Assembly: GCF_009914755.1 (NCBI RefSeq)
Contig: NC_060933.1
Source of the DNA: the human T2T-CHM13v2.0 reference genome, Homo sapiens
DNA length: 64,000 bases
Strand: one strand, 5' to 3'
Shown here: piece after piece, positions 42,701 through 57,490 of the stretch
Numbering within the stretch: the first letter of the stretch is position 1
Layout of the letters: each line of letters starts with the position of its first letter
Translations under genes and position numbers: made by a program
Notes under the pieces: generated by a model
The model's input: only the letters and a program-made list of their open reading frames with translations
Databases searched by the model: none
Told to the model about the DNA's origin: nothing

Positions 42701-44849
42701 CAACTCGATTGCAATGGAATGGAATGGAATAGAATGGAATGGAATTAAGACGAATAGAATGGAATGGAATGGAATGGAACGGAATGGAACGGAATGGAAT
42801 GGAATGGAATGGAATGGAATGGAATGGTATGGAATGGAATGGAATGGAATCAGCCCGAGTACAGGGGAATGGAATGGAATGTAATGCAATGGAATGGAAT
42901 CATCCGTAATGGAATGGAATGGAATGGAATGGAATGGAATGGAATGGAATGGAATCAACCCGAGTGCAATGGAATGGAGAGGCATGGAATGGAATGGAAT
43001 GGAAACTACCCGAATGGAATGGAATGTAATGGAGTGTAAGGGAATTGAATAGAATCAATCCGAATGTAATGGAATGGAATGGAACAGAATGGACTGGAAT
43101 GGAATGGAATGCAATGGAATGGAATCAACCCGAGTGCAATCGAATGGAATCAAATGGAATGGAATGCAATGCAATGGATTCAACTTGAATGGAATGGAAA
43201 GAATGGAATCAACACGAGTGGAATGGCATGGAATGGAATGGAATGGAATGGAATCAACCCGAGTACAGGGGAATGGAATGGAAAGGAATGCAATGGAATG
43301 GAATCATCCGTAATGTAATGGAAAGGAATGGAATGGAATGGAATGGAATGGAATGGAAAGGAATGGAATGGAATGGAATGGAATGGAATGGAATTGAATG
43401 GAATGGAATGGAATGGAATGGAATGCAATGCCATGGAATCAACATGAGGGCAATCGAATGGAATCGAATGGAATGGAATGTAATGGAATGGATTCATCTT
43501 GAATGGAATGGAAAGAATGGAATCAACACGAGTGGAATGGCATGGATTGGAATGGAATGGAATGGAATCAACCCGAGTACAGGGGAATGTAATGGAATGG
43601 AAAGAAATGGAATGGAATCATCCGTAATGTAATGGAAAGGAATGGAATGGAATGGAATGGAATGGAATGGAATGGTATGGAATGGAATCAGCTCCATTGC
43701 AATCGAATGGAATGGAATGGAATTAACCCGAATAGAATGGATTGGAATGGAATGGAACGGAACGGAATGGAATGGAATGGAATGGAATGGAATGGAATGG
43801 AATGGAATCAACCCGAGTGCAGGGGAATGTAATGGAACGGAATGCAATGGAATGGAATCATCAGGAATGGAATGGAATGGAATGGAATGGAATCAACCCG
43901 AGTGCAATGGAATGGAGTGGAATGGAATGGAATGGAATGAAATGCAATGGATTCAACTCGATTGCAATGGAATGGAATAGAATGGAATGGAATGGAATGG
44001 AATGGAATGGAATTAACCTGAATAGAATGGAATGGAATGGAATGGAACGGAATGGAATGGAATGGTATGGAATGGAATGGAATGGTACGGAATAGAATGG
44101 AATGGAACGAATTGTAATGGAATGGAATTGAATGGAATGGAATGGAATGGAATGGAATGGAATCAACGCGAGTGCAGGGGAATGTAATGGAACAGAATGC
44201 AATGGAATGGAATCATCCGGAAAGGAATGGAATGGAATGGAATGGAATGGAATGGAATGGAATCAACCCGAGTGCAATGGAATGCAGTGGAATGGAATGG
44301 AATGGAATGGAACAACCCGAAAGGAATGGAATGTAATGGAGAGTAAGGGAGTTGAATAGAATCAATCCGAACGTAATGGAATGGAATGCAACGGAATGGA
44401 ATGGAATGGAATGGAATGGAATGGAATGGAATCAACCCAAGTGCAATGGAATGGAGTGGAATGGAATGGAATGGAATGGAACAACCCGAATGGAATGGAA
44501 TGTAATGGAGAGTAAGGGAGTTGAATAGAATCAATCCGAATGTAAAGGAATGGAATGGAACGGAATGGAATTGAATGGAATGGAATGGAATGCAATGGAA
44601 TGGAATCAACCCGAGTGCAATGGAATGGAGAGGAATGGAATGGAATGGAATGGAAACTACCCGAATGGAATGGAATGTAATGGAGTGTAAGGGAATTGAA
44701 TAGAATCAATCCGAATGTAATGGAATGGAATGGAACGGAATGGAATGGAATGGAATGGAATGGAATGCAATGGAATGGAATCAACCCGAGTGCAATCGAA
44801 TGGAATCGAATGGAATGGAATGCAATGGAATGGAATGGAATGGAATGGA

Positions 44850-47800
44850 ATCAACTCGATTGCAATCGAATGGAATGGAATGGAATTAACCCGAATAGAA
44901 TGGAATGGAATGGAATGGAACGGAACGGAACGGAACGGAATGGAATGGAATGGAATGGAATGGAATGGAACGGAAAGGAATGGAATGGAATGGAATGGAA
45001 TGGAATGGAATGGAATGGAATGGAATCAAAGCGAGTGCAGGGGAATGGAATGGAATGGAATGCAATGGAATGGAATCTTCCGGAATGGAATGGAATGGAA
45101 TGGAATGGAATGGAATGGAATGGAATGGAACAAACCCGAGTGCAATGGAATGGAGTGGAATGGAATGGAATGGAATGGAACAACCCGAATGAAATGGAAT
45201 ATAATGGAGAGTAAGGGAGTTGAGTAGAATCAATCCGAATATAATGGAATGGAATGGAACGGAATGGAATTGAATGGAATGGAATGGAATCAACGCGAAC
45301 GCAGGGGAATGGAATGGAATGGAATGCAATGGAATGGAATCTTCCGGAATGGAATGGAATGGAATGAAATGCAATGGATTCAACTCGATTGCAATGGAAT
45401 GGAATAGAATGGTATGGAATGGAATGGAATGGAATTAATCCGAATAGAATGGAATGGAATGGAATGGAACGGAATGGAACGGAATGGAATGGAATGGAAT
45501 GGAATGGTATGCAATGGAATGGAATGGTACGGAATAGAATGGAATGCAACGAATTGTAATGGAATGGAATTGAATGGAATGGAATGGAATGGAATGGAAT
45601 CAACGCGAGTACAGGGGAATGTAATGGAACGGAATGCAATGGAATGGAATCATCCGGAATGGAATGGAATGGAATGGAATGGAATGGAATCAACCCGAGT
45701 ACAGGGGAATGGAATGGAATGTAATGCAATGGAATGGAATCATCCGTAATGGAATGGAAAGGCATGGAATGGAATGGAATGGAATGGAATGGAATGGAAT
45801 GGAATCAACTCGATTGCAATCGAATGGAATGGAATGGAATTAACCCGAATAGAATGGAATGGAATGGAATGGAACGGAACGGAACGGAATGGAATGGAAT
45901 GGAATGGAATGGAATGGAATGGAACGGAAAGGAATGGAATGGAATGGAATGGAATAGAATGGAATGGAATGGAATGGAATGGAATGCAATGGAATGGAAT
46001 CAACCCGAGTGCAATCGAATGGAATCGAATGGAATGGAATGCAATGGAATGGATTCAACTAGAATGGAATGGAAATAATGGAATCAACACGAGTGGAAGG
46101 GCATGGATTGGAATGGAATGGAATGGAATCAACCCGAGTACAGGGGAATGGAATGGAATGGAATGCAATGGAATGGAATCATCCGTAAAGGAATGGAAAG
46201 GAATGGAATGGAATGGAATGGAATGGAATGGAATGGAATGGAATGGAATCAACTCGATTGCAATCGAATGGAATGGAATGGAATTAACCCGAATAGAATG
46301 GAATGGAATGGAAAGGAATGGAACGGAACGGAACGGAATGGAATGGAATGGAATGGAATGGAATGGAATGGAACGGAAAGGAAGGGAATGGAATGGAATA
46401 GAATGGAATAGAATAGAATCAACGCGAGTGCAGGGGAATGGAATGGAATGGAATGCAATGGAATGGAATCTTCCGGAATGGAATGGAATGGAATGGAATG
46501 GAATGGAATCAACCCGAGTCCAATGGAATGGAGTGGAATGGAATGGAATGGAATGGAACAACCCGAATGGAATGGAATGTAATGGAGAGTAAGGGAGTTG
46601 AATAGAATCAATCCGAATGTAATGGAATGGAATGGAACGGAATGGATTTGAATGGAATGGAATGGAATGCAATGGAATGGAATCAACCCGAGTGCAATGG
46701 AATGGAGAGGAATGGAATGGAATGGAATGGAATGGAAACTACCCGAATGGAATGTAATGTAATGGAGTGTAAGGGAATTGAATAGAATCAATCCGAATGT
46801 AATGGAATGGAATGGAACGGAATGGAATGGAACGGAATCGAATGGAATGGAATGGAATGCAATGGAATGGAATCAACCCGAGTGCAATCGAATGGAATCG
46901 AATGGAATGGAATGCAATGGAATGGAATCAACTTGAATGGAATGGAAAGAATGGAATCAACACGAGTGGAATGGCATGGATTGGAATGGAATGGAATGGA
47001 ATCAACCCGAGTACAGGGGAATGGAATGGAATGTAATGCAATGGAATGGAATCATCCGTAATGGAATGGAAAGGAATGGAATGGAATGGAATGGAATGGA
47101 ATGGAATCAACTCGATTGCAATCGAATGGAATGGAATGCAATTAACCCGAATAGAATGGAATGGAATGGAATGGAACGGAACGAAACGGAATGGAATGGA
47201 ATGGAATGGAATGGAATGGAACGGAAAGGAATGGAATGGAATGGAATGGAAAGGAATGGAATGGAATGGAATCGAATGGAATGCAATGGAATGGAATCAA
47301 CCCGAGTGCAATCGAATGGAATCGAATGGAATGGAATGCAATGGAATGGATTCAACTAGAATGGAATGGAAATAATGGAATCAACACGAGTGGAAGGGCA
47401 TGTATTGGAATGGAATGGAATGGAATCAACCCGAGTACAGGGGAATGGAATGGAATGGAATGCAATGGAATGGAATCATCCGTAATGGAATGGAAAGGAA
47501 TGGAATGGAATGGAATGGAATGGAATGGAATGGAATGGGATCAACTCGATTGCAATCGAATGGAATGGAATGGAATTAACCCGAATAGAATGGAATGGAA
47601 TGGAATGGAACGGAACGGAATGGAATGGAATGGAATGGAATGGAACGGAACGGAACGGAATGGAATGGAATGGAATGGAATGGAATGGAATGGAATCAAC
47701 GCGAAGGCAGGGGAATGGAATGGAATGGATTGCAATGGAATGGAATCTTCCGGAATGGAATGGAATGGAATGGAATGGAATGGAATGAAATGCAATGGAT

Positions 47801-50800
47801 TCAACTCGATTGCAATGGAATGGAATAGAATGGAATGGAATGGAATGCAATGGAATTAATCCGAATAGAATGGAATGGAATGGAATGGAACGGAATGGAA
47901 CGGAATGGAATGGAATGGAATGGAATGGTATGCAATGGAATGGAATGGTACGGAATAGAATGGAATGGAACGAATTGTAATGGAATGGAATTGAATGGAA
48001 TGGAATGGAATGGAATGGAATCAACGCGAGTGCAGGGGAATGTAATGGAACGGAATGCAATGGAATGGAATCATCCGGAATGGAATGGAATGGAATGGAA
48101 TGGAATGGAATCAACCCGAGCACAGGGGAATGGAATGGAATGTAATGCAATGGAATGGAATCATCCGTAATGGAATGGAAAGGAATGGAATGGAATGGAA
48201 TGGAATGGAATGGAATGGAATCAACTCGATTGCAATGGAATGGAATGGAATGGAATTAACCCGAATAGAATGGAATGGAATGGAATGGAATGGAACGGAA
48301 CGGAATGGAATGGAATGGAATGGAATGGAATGGAATGGAACGGAAAGGAATGGAATGGAATGGAATGGAATGGAATGGAATGGAATCAACGCGAGTGCAG
48401 GGAATGGAATGGAATGGAATGCAATGGAATGGAATCTTCCGGAATGGAATGGAATGGAATGGAATGGAACAAACCCGAGTGCAATGGAATGGAGTGGAAT
48501 GGAATGGAATGCAATGGAACAACCCGAATGGAATGGAATATAATGGAGAGTAAGGGAGTTGAGTAGAATCAATCCGAATATAATGGAATGGAATGGAACG
48601 GAATGGAATTGAATGGAATGAAATGGAATCAACGCGAACGCAGGGGAATGGAATGGAATGGAATGCAATGGAATGGAATCTTCCGGAATGGAATGGAATG
48701 GAATGGAATGGAATGAAATGCAATGGATTCAACCCGATTGCAATGGAATGGAATAGAATGGAATGGAATGGAATGGAATGGAATTAATCCGAATAGAATG
48801 GAATGGAATGGAATGGAACGCAATGGAACGGAATGGAATGGAATGGAATGGAATGGTATGCAATGGAATGGAATGGTACGGAATAGAATGGAATGGAACG
48901 AATTGTAATGGAATGGAATTGAATGGAATGGAATGGAATGGAATGGAATCAACGCGAGTGCAGGGGAATGTAATGGAACGGAATGCAATGGAATGGAATC
49001 ATCCGGAATGGAATGGAATGGAATGGAATGGAATGGAATCAACCCGAGTACAGGGGAATGGAATGGAATGTAATGCAATGGAATGGAATCATCCGTAATG
49101 GAATGGAAAGGCATGGAATGGAATGGAATGGAATGGAATGGAATGGAATGGAATCAACTCGATTGCAATCGAATGGAATGGAATGGAATTAACCCGAATA
49201 GAATGGAATGGAATGGAATGGAACAGAACGGAACGGAATGGAATGGAATGGAATGGAATGGAATGGAATGGAATGGAACGGAAAGGAATGGAATAAATGG
49301 AATGGAATGGAATGGAATGGAATGGAATGGAATGGAATGCAATGGAATGGAATCAACCCGAGTGCAATCGAATGGAATCGAATGGAATGGAATGCAATGG
49401 AATGGATTCAACTAGAATGGAATGGAAATAATGGAATCAACACGAGTGGAAGGGCATGGATTGGAATGGAATGGAATGGAATCAACCCGAGTACAGGGGA
49501 ATGGAATGGAATGGAATGCAATGGAATTGAATCATCCGTAAAGGAATGGAAAGGAATGGAATGGAATGGAATGGAATGGAATGGAATGGAATGGAGTGGA
49601 ATCAACTCGATTGCAATCGAATGGAATGGAATGGAATTAACCCGAATAGAATGGAATGGAATGGAATGGAATGGAACGGAACGGAACGGAACGGAATGGA
49701 ATGGAATGGAATGGAATGGAATGGAATGGAATGGAACGGAAAGGAAGGGAATGGAATGGAATAGAATGGAATAGAATAGAATCAACGCGAGTGCAGGGGA
49801 ATGGAATGGAATGGAATGCAATGGAATGGAATCTTCCGGAATGGAATGGAATGGAATGGAATGGAATGGAATCAACCCGAGTCCAATGGAATGGAGTGGA
49901 ATGGAATGGAATGGAATGGAACAACCCGAATGGAATGGAATGTAATGGAGAGTAAGGGAGTTGAATAGAATCAATCCGAATGTAATGGAATGGAATGGAA
50001 CGGAATGGATTTGAATGGAATGGAATGGAATGCAATGGAATGGAATCAACCCGAGTGCAATGGAATGGAGAGGAATGGAATGGAATGGAATGGAAACTAC
50101 CCGAATGGAATGTAATGTAATGGAGTGTAAGGGAATTGAATAGAATCAATCCGAATGTAATGGAATGGAATGGAACGGAATGGAATGGAATGGAATCGAA
50201 TGGAATGGAATGGAATGCAATGGAATGGAATCAACCCGAGTGCAATCGAATGGAATCGAATGGAATGGAATGCAATGGAATGGAATCAACTTGAATGGAA
50301 TGGAAAGAATGGAATCAACACGAGTGGAATGGCATGGATTGGAATGGAATGGAATGGAATCAACCCGAGTACAGGGGAATGGAATGGAATGGAATGCAAT
50401 GGAATGGAATCATCCGTAATGGAATGGAAAGGAATGGAATGGAATGGAATGGAATGGAATGGAATCAACTCGATTGCAATTGAATGGAATGGAATGCAAT
50501 TAACCCGAATAGAATGGAATGGAATGGAATGGAACGGAACGGAATGGAATGGAATGGAATGGAATGGAACGGAACGGAATGGAATGGAATGGAATGGAAT
50601 GGAATCAACGCGCGTGCAGGGGAATGGAATGGAATGGAATGCAATGGAATGGAATCTTCCGGAATGGAATGGAATGGAATGGAATGGAATGAAATGCAAT
50701 GGATTCAACTCGATTGCAATGGAATGGAATAGAATGGAATGGAAAGTAATGGAATGGAATTAATCCGAATAGAATGGAATGGAATGGAATGGAACGGAAC

Positions 50801-51030
50801 GGAACGGAATGGAATGGAATGGAATGGAATGGTATGCCATGGAATGGAATGGTACGGAATAGAATGGAATGGAACGAATTGTAATGGAATGGAATTGAAT
50901 GGAATGGAATGGAATGGAATGGAATCAACGCGAGTGCAGGGGAATGTAATGGAACGGAATGTAATGGAATGGAATCATCCGGAATGGAATGGAATGGAAT
51001 GGAATGGAATGGAATGGAATCAACCCGAGT
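44850..51030 (+). repeat. ~3.35-kb tandem duplication (~44850-48220 / ~48220-51030)
   Basis: ORF pairs 45374/48723, 45634/48983 (3349) and 46807/50165 (3358). Private markers ACAAACCCGAG (~45130/48469), CAACGCGAACGCAGG (~45291/48630) and GAGTCCAATG (~46516/49879). Confidence 0.83.
50229..50377 (+). repeat. pHuR98-like (chr9q12 SatIII / HSat3B-type) ~150-bp module, representative copy; about 30 variant copies in the window
   Basis: AATCAACCCGAGTGCAATCGAATGGAATCGAATG...CAACTTGAATGGAATGGAAAGAATGGAATCAACACGAGTGGAATGGCATGGATTGG...CAACCCGAGTACAGG matches my recollection of the chr9 clone pHuR98. Other copies lie near 2790, 12570, 16300, 20530, 28355, 33635, 43125, 46870, 52780 and 57900. Not verified by alignment. 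Confidence 0.7.
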
Positions 51031-54000
51031 GCAATGGAATGGAGTGGAATGGAATGGAATGGAATGGAACAACCCGAATGGAATGGAATGTAATGGAGAG
51101 TAAGGGAGTTGAATAGAATCAATCCGAATGTAATGGAATGCAATGCAACGGAATGGAATGGAATGGAATGGAATGGAATGGAATGGAATGCAATGGAATG
51201 GAACCAACCCGAGTAGAATGGAATGGAATGGAATGGAATGGAATGGAATGGAATGGAATGATACGGAACAGAATGGAATGGAACGAAATGGAATGGAATG
51301 GAATGGAATGGAATGGAATGGAATGGAATGGAATCGTTCCGAGTGGAATAGGAGGGAATGTATTCGAGTGGAATGCAAAGGAATGGGATCAACCAGAGTG
51401 GAATGGAAGGGAATGGAATGGAATGGAAACTAATAGAATGCAATCAACCCGAGTGGAATGGAATGGAAAGGACTGGAATGGAATGGAATGGAATGCAATC
51501 AACTCGATTGTAATGGAATGGAATGGAATGGAATGGAATGGAATTAACCCGAATAAAATGGAATGGAATGGAATGGAACGGAATGGAGTGGAATGGAATG
51601 GAATCAACCCGAGTGCAGGGGAATGGAATGGAATGGAATGCAATGGAATGGAATCATCCGGAATGGAATGGAATGGAATCGAATGCAAAGCAATGGAATC
51701 AACTCGATTGCAATGGAATGGAATGGAATGGAAAGGAATACTTTGGAATCAACCCGAGTGGAATGGAATGGAAAGGACTGGAATGGAGTGGAATGGAATG
51801 GAATGGAATGGAATGGAATGGAATCAACTCGATTGGAATGGAATGGAATGGAATGGAATGGAATGGAATGGAATTAACCCGAATAGAAAGGAATGGAATG
51901 GAATGGAACAGAACGGAATGGCATGGAATGGAATGGAATGGAATGGAATGGAATTAACCCGGCTGCAGGGGAATGGAATGGAATGGAATGCAATGGAATG
52001 GATTCAACTTGAATGGAATGGAAAGAATGGAATCAACACGAGTGGAATGGCATGGATTGGAATGGAATGGAATGGAATCAACCCGAGTACAGGGGAATGG
52101 AATGGAATGGAATGCAATGGAATGGAATCATCCGTAATGGAATGGAAAGGAATGGAATGGAATAGAATGGAATGGAATGGAATGGAATGGAATGGAATCA
52201 ACTCGATTGCAATCGAATGGAATGGAATGGAATTAACCAGAATAGAATGGAATGGAATGGAATGGAACATAACGGAACGGAATGGAATGGAATGGAATGG
52301 AATGGAACAGAAAGGAATGGAATGGAATGGAATGGAATCAACGCGAGTGCAGGGGAATGGAATGGAATGGAATGCAATGGAATGGAATCTTCCGGAATGG
52401 AATGGAATGGAATGGAATGGAATGGAATCAACCCGAGTGCAATGGAATGGAGTGGAATGGAATGGAATGGAATGGAACAACCCGAATGGAATGGAATGTA
52501 ATAGAGACTAAGGGAGATGAATAGAAGCAATCCGAATGTAATGGAATGGAATGGAACGGAATGGATTTGAATGGAATGGAATGGAATGCAATGGAATGGA
52601 ATCAACCCGAGTGCAATGGTATGGAGAGGAATGGAATGGAATGGAATGGAAACTACCCGAATGGAATGGAATGTAATGGAGTGTAAGGGAATTGAATAGA
52701 ATCAATCCGAATGTAATGGAATGGAATGGAACGGAATGGAATGGAATGGAATGGAATGGAATGGAATGCAATGGAATGGAATCAACCCGAGTGCAACCGA
52801 ATGGAATCGAATGGAATGGAATGCAATGGAATGGATTCAACTTGAATGGAATGGAAAGAATGGAATCAACACGAGTGGAAGGGCATGGATTGGAATGCAA
52901 TGGAATGGAATCAACCCGAGTACAGGGGAATGGAATGGAATGGAATGCAATGGAATGGAATCATCCGTAATGGAATGGAAAGGAATGGAATGGAATGGAA
53001 TGGAATGGAATGGAATGGAATGGAATCAACACGATTGCAATCGAATGGAATGGAATGGAATTAACCCAAATAGAATGGAATGGAATGGAATGGAATGGAA
53101 CGGAATGGAATGGAATGGAATGGAATGGAATGGAACGGAAAGGAAAGGTACGGAACGGAACGGAATGGAATGGAATGGAATGGAATGGAATGGAATCAAT
53201 GCGAGTGCAGGGGAATGGAATGGAATGGAATGCAATGGAATGGAATCTTCCGGAATGGAATGGAATGGAATGGAATGGAATGCAATGAAATGCAATGGAT
53301 TCAACTCGATTGCAATGGAATGGAATAGAATGGAATGGAATGGAATGGAATGGAATGGAATGGAATTAACCCAAGTAGAATGGAATGAAATGGAATGGAA
53401 CGGAATGGAACGGAATGGAATGGAATGGAATGGAATGGAATGGAATGGTATGGAATGGAATGGAATGGTACGGAATAGAATGGAATGGAACGAATTGTAA
53501 TGGAATGGAATTGAATGGAATGGAATGGAATGGAATGGAATCAACGCGAGTGCAGGGGAATGTAACGGAACGGAATGCAATGGAATGGAATCATCCGGAA
53601 TGGAATGGAATGGAATGGAATGGAATGGAGTCAACCTGAGTGCAATGGAATGGAGTGCAATGGAATGGAATGGAAAGGAACAACCCGAATGGAATGGAAT
53701 GTAATGGAGAGTAAAGGAGTTGAATAGAATCAATCCGAATGTAATGGAATGGAATGCAACGGAATGGAATGGAATGGAATGGAATGGAATGGAATGCAAA
53801 GGAATGGAATCAACCCGAGTGGAATGGCATGGAATGGAATGCAATGGAATGGAATGGAATGGAATCAACTCGAGTGGAAAGGAATGGAATGGAATGGAAA
53901 GGAATGGAATGAAATCAACTCGAGTGGAATGGAATGGAATGGATTGGAATGGATTGCAATGGAATGAAATGGAATGGAATGGAATGGAATCAATCATTCC

Positions 54001-55319
54001 GAGTGGAATGGAAGGGAATGTAATGGAGTGGAAAGAAGAGAATGGAATCCACCCGATTGGAATGCAAGGCAATGGAATGGAATGGAAAGGAAAGGAATGG
54101 AATCAACTCGATTGCAATGGAATGGAATGGAATGGAATGGAATGGAATGGAATTAACCTGAATAGAATGGAATGCAATGGAATGGAACGGAATGGAATGG
54201 AATGGAAGGGAATGGAATCAACACGAGAGCAGGGGAATGGAATGGAATGGAATGCAATGGAATGGAATCATCCGGAATGGAATGGAATGGAATGGAGTGG
54301 AATGGAATAGAATGGAATGGAATTAACCCGAATAGAATGGAATGGAATGCAATGGAACGGAATGGAATAGAATGGAATGGAATGGAATGGAATGGAAAGG
54401 AATCAACGCGACTGCAGGGGAATGGAATGGAATGGAATGCAATGGAATGGAATCATCCGGAACGGAATGGAATGGAATGGAATGGAATCAACTCGATTGT
54501 AATGGAAAGGAATGGAATGGAATGGAATGGAATGGAATGGAATGGAATGGAATTTACCCGAATAGAATGGAATGGAATGGAATGGAAAGGAATGGAAGGG
54601 AAGGGAATGGAATGTAATCAACCCGAGTGCAGGGGAATGGAATGGAATGGAATGCAATGGAATGGAATCATCCGGAATGGAATGGAATGGAATGGAATGG
54701 AATGGAATGGAATGGAATGCAATGGAATGGAATCAACCCGAGTACAATGAAATGGAATGGAATGGAATAGAATGGAATGGAATGCCTTCAAACTGAATGG
54801 AATGGAAAGGAATGGAATCAACACGAGTGGAATGGAATGGAATGGAATGGAATGGAATGGAGTGGAATGGAATGGAATGGAATGGAATGGAATGGTACGG
54901 AATAGAATGGAATGGAACGAAATGGAATGGAATGGAATGGAATGGAATGGATTGGAATGGAATGGTACGGAATAGAATGGAATGCAACGAAATGGAATGG
55001 AATGGAATGGAATGGAATGGAATGGAATGGAATGGAATGGAATCGTTCCGAGTGGAATAGGAGGGAATGTATTCGAGTGGAATGGAAAGGAATGGAATCA
55101 ACCAGAGTGGAATGGAAGGGAATGCAATGGAATGGAAACTAATAGAATGGAATCAACCCGAGTGGAATGGAATGGAAAGGACTGGAATGGAATGGAATGG
55201 AATGGAATGGAATGGAATGCAATCAACTCCATTGTAATGGGATGGAATGGAATGGATTGGAATGGAATGGAATGGAATGGAATGCAATGGAATTAACCCG
55301 AATATAATGGAATGGAATG

Positions 55320-57490
55320 GAATGGAACGGAATGCAAAGCAATGGAATCAACTCGATTGCAATGGAATGGAATGGAATGGAATGGAAAGGAATAGAATGG
55401 AATCAACCCGAGTGGAATGGAATGGAAAGGACTGGAATGGAGTGGAATGGAATGGAACGGAATGGAATGGAATCAACTCGATTGGGATGGAGTGGAATGG
55501 AATTTGAATGGAATGGAATGGAATGGAATGGAATGGAATTAACCCGAATAGAATGGAACGGAATGGAATGGGACGGAATGGAATGGAATGGAATGGAATG
55601 GAATCAACCGGCTGCACGGGAATGGAATGGAATGGAATGCAATGGAATGGAATCATCCGGAAAGGAATGGAATGGAATGGAATGGAATCAACTCGATTGC
55701 AATGGAATGGAATGGAATGGAATGGAATGGAATGGAATGGAATGGAAAGGAATGGAATTATCCCGAATACAATGGAATGGAATGGAATGGAAAGGAATGG
55801 AAGGGAATGGAATGGAATGTAATCAACCCAAGTGCAGGGGAATGGAATGGAATTGAATGCAATGGAATGGAATCATCCGGAATGGAATGGAATGGAATGG
55901 AATGGAATGGAATGAAACCGATGCAATGGATTGGAATGGAATGGAATGGAATGGAATTAACACGAATAGAATGGAATGGAATGGAAAGGAAAGGAATGGA
56001 AGGGAATGGAATGGAATGTAATCAACCCAAGTGCAGGGGAATGGAATGGAATTGAATGCAATGGAATGGAATCTTCCGGAATGGAATGGAATGGAATTTA
56101 ATGGAATGAACCCGATGCAATGGAATGGAATGGAATGGAATGGAAAAATCCCGAATGGAATGGAATGTAATGGAGTGTAAGGGAATTGAATAGAATCAGT
56201 CCGAAAGTAATGGAATGTAATGGAATGAAATGGAATGGAATGGAATGGAATGGAATCAAACCGAGTGCAATGGAATGGATTCGAATGGAATGGAATGGAA
56301 TGGAAAGTAATAGAATGGAATCAACCCGAGTGGAATGGAATGGAAAGGACTGGAATGGACTGGAATGGAATGGAATGGAATGGAATCAAATCGATTGGAA
56401 TGGAATGGAATGGAATGGAATGGAATGGAATGGAATCAACTCGATTGCAATGGAATGGAATGGAATGGAATGGAATGGAATGGAATGGAATGGAATGGAA
56501 TGGAATTAACCCGAATAGAATGGAATGGAATGGAATGGAACGGAATGTAATGGAATGAAATGGAATGGAATCAACCCGAGTGCAGGGGAATGGAATGGAA
56601 TGGAATGCAATGGAATGGAATAATCCGGAATGGAATGGAATGGAATGGAATGGAATGGAATGGAATGGAATGAAATCAACTCGATTGCAATGCAATGGAA
56701 TGGAATGGAAAGGAATGGAAGGGAATGGAGTGGAATGTAATCAACCCGAGTGCAGGGGAATGGAATGGAATGGAATGCAATGGAATGGAATCATCCGGAA
56801 TGGAATGGAATGGAATGGAATGGAATCAACCCAATGCAATGGAATGGAGTGGAATGGAATGGAATGGAATGGAAACATCCCGAATGGAATTGAATGCAAT
56901 GGAGTGTAAGGGAATTGAATAGAATCAATCCGAATGTAATGGAATGGAACGGAATGAAATGGAATGGAATGCAATGGAATGGAATCAACCCGAGTGCAAT
57001 GGAATGGATTCGAATGGAATGGAATGGAATGGAATGGATTCAACAAGAATGGAATGGAAAGGAATGGAATCAACCCGAGTGTAATGGCATGGAATGGAAT
57101 GGAATGGAATGGAATGGAATGGGATGGAATGGAATGTTACGGAATAGAATGGAATGGAATGAAATGGAATGGAATGGAATGGAATGGAATGGAATGGAAT
57201 GGAATGGAATGGAATGGAATGAACCAGTGTGCAATGTAATGGAATGGAATGGAATGGAATGGATACAACTCGAATGGAATCAACTCGATTGCAATGGAAT
57301 GGAATGGAATGGAAAGGAATAGAATGGAATCAACCCGAGTGGAATGGAATGGAAAGGACTGGAATGGAGTGGAATGGAATGGAATGGAATTAACCCGAAT
57401 AGAATGGAATGGAATGGAATGGAACGGAATGTAATGGAATGGAATGGAATGGATTCAACCCAAGTGCAGGGGAATGGAATGGAATGGAAT
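55320..57490 (+). repeat. Return of the left-domain block type (paralogous to ~1-2300 and ~3660-6010)
   Basis: Shares GAATTTGAATG (~55500), AATCAGTCCGAA (~56194), CAAATCGATTGG (~56387), AAACATCCCG (~56873) and TTCAACAAG (~57039) with the left domain. Confidence 0.75.

Noticed and set aside
51138-52511. Longest ORF (457 aa) and all other MEWNG / IPFHS repeat ORFs
   Set aside because: (GGAAT)3 encodes MEWNG, and its complement IPFHS, with no stop codon in any frame, so long overlapping ORFs on both strands are expected. There is no domain, codon structure or preferred frame.
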